From Squalus acanthias (Eukaryota): a stretch of 64,000 nt of DNA. Below, piece by piece: positions 62,660 to 64,000 of this stretch. The notes below the pieces were generated by a model, which was not told where the DNA came from, searched no databases, and worked only from the letters and a program-made list of their open reading frames with translations. A program made the translations under genes and the position numbers. The first letter of the stretch is position 1. Each line of letters starts with the position of its first letter. The stretch lies in the NCBI GenBank assembly GCA_030390025.1, contig CM059432.1:61754001-61818000 (forward strand), given 5' to 3'.

Positions 62660-63960
62660 ATAAATTGGTGTGTCAAAGACTGGGGCTCAGTTGATAAATA
62701 GAGAGATATGAGCAAAAGTGAGGTTTAATAGAGGCATATGTTAAATATAAGGAGAAAAATATTGAATAAACACTGACAAAGACACAAGTATAGAAGTGAA
62801 ACAAAGGGGAGATTGGAAGGCTAACAAAGTATGAAAGAAGATTGGTAGTTAGTATAAAGGGAAATAGCAAGGGCCTTTGTAAGCACATAAGAAGTAAAAA
62901 GGAAAGATGAAGGGTGGGTTGGACCACTTAGAGACATGGGGGGAAAAATTCAGTTGGTTGCGCCTCCCGTTAACGCCTTAAGAGGGCGCTAATGGGGCGC
63001 AAAGCATCTAGCGCCCAGGCGCGGCGAAGTTTGCGCCGCTCGCGAAATTAACTAGACATTTTGTGGCGGCGCTAAACACTACCGCCACGATCTCCTGCGC
63101 CGGCAGATCGTGACGTCAGTCGAGTGCGCAACGCCCCGGTATCGCCCCGTAGCGGATATTGAGTGGCGCCCCCTGCCTTACCGCCTGACGCTAGCAACGA
63201 CAGTTTGAGTGGAGCGTTCTGCAGTCATGAAGGGAAAGGGGGAGCGCTATTTAAAGGTGACCGCTTCCTGCCTTTTATTGTTGGTGCAATTTTTGAACTA
63301 CGCATTCTGAGAGAGAGAGAGAGACTTCTGGAGAGTTTCAACGTTGTGTGAAGGAGTTTTGGGTACTGAGCAGCACTTTGCAGGTTCAATTTGATTTGCC
63401 ATTCCTTGTATCGATTTAGAAGAGACTGTGGGGGCTGCACTCTCAGCTCTTTGCCTGGTACTCTCCATTGTTCTTTCCAGCAGATTTGATGTGCAGGTCT
63501 CTCCAGGCCGAGATTCAAGGCTGCAATTAGCAGGATGTGGATGGAAAGTGAGATTAATCATCCCCCTTAAGAACTGGCCCATGCCATTGTGTGTGTGTTC
63601 CATTGCTGACTGACATTACATGAGCTTCGCCAGCGCTCTGAGGTAGCGCCTCGCTCCTCGGCCTTTGCGCCTTAAGACAGGTGTGAAGCGCCTGATTTAG
63701 CGCTCCAATCACCTCCGGGGCGATAAAAGTCAAGTTTGCAGTCGGTGGCGATAATTAGTGCCAGGCGCTAATCTTTGCGCCCGGCCGATAATTGCGCCCC
63801 AAATGGGGCGATACTGAATTTCTCCCCCAAAGAGCTTTCTTGTATTTGAGGGAATGGCAGAGATACCTAATAAGTATTTTGCTTCAGTTTTCACAGAGGA
63901 AGGTGAAGTATATCTGAGGAAATGTGGTAGTTCCATTACTAGTGATACATATTCAGAACA
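62660..63960 (+). mobile_element. Old CR1 ORF2 fragment split by a MITE
   Basis: IKGNSK..IRSKK..VGPLRD before 62937 and EMAEIPNKYFASVFTEE after 63835. Confidence 0.65.
62939..63828. mobile_element. Harbinger-derived non-autonomous element
   Basis: TIR GGGGGAAAAATTCAG / CTGAATTTCTCCCCC; subterminal GTATCGCCCC..GGGGCGC shared with 25146. Confidence 0.82.
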
Positions 63961-64000
63961 CTGAAGAGGCCTGGGGAGAAGCTGGGAATAAATAAAGCAG

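Overview
Eukaryotic, repeat-rich vertebrate DNA, most likely a cartilaginous fish (HE1/V-SINE-like and Deu-SINE-like pieces, abundant CR1, L2, Penelope and Harbinger elements). The window lies inside a + strand alpha-dystrobrevin gene (DTNA) and covers its alternatively spliced syntrophin-binding region. Six exons are well supported: 24134-24217, 39538-39609, 44652-44729, 45216-45308, 59238-59325 and 61888-61976. Three more are candidates: a 12-nt microexon (4245-4256), an alpha-DB3-like terminal exon (31885-31942) and a 42-nt cassette (38732-38773). The introns hold nested retroelements: a near full-length CR1 with an esterase ORF1 and a 76-bp monomer 5'UTR, two long L2 copies, two copies of an ORF1-less LINE with a tRNA-like head, and three Penelope-derived inverted-repeat insertions that carry hammerhead ribozyme motifs and 12-14 bp TSDs. 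There are also PIF/Harbinger relics, many TIR MITEs, one hAT MITE and one Tigger-like MITE. Repeat boundaries are approximate unless TIR/TSD coordinates are given. All homology calls are from recall of family motifs; no searches were run.
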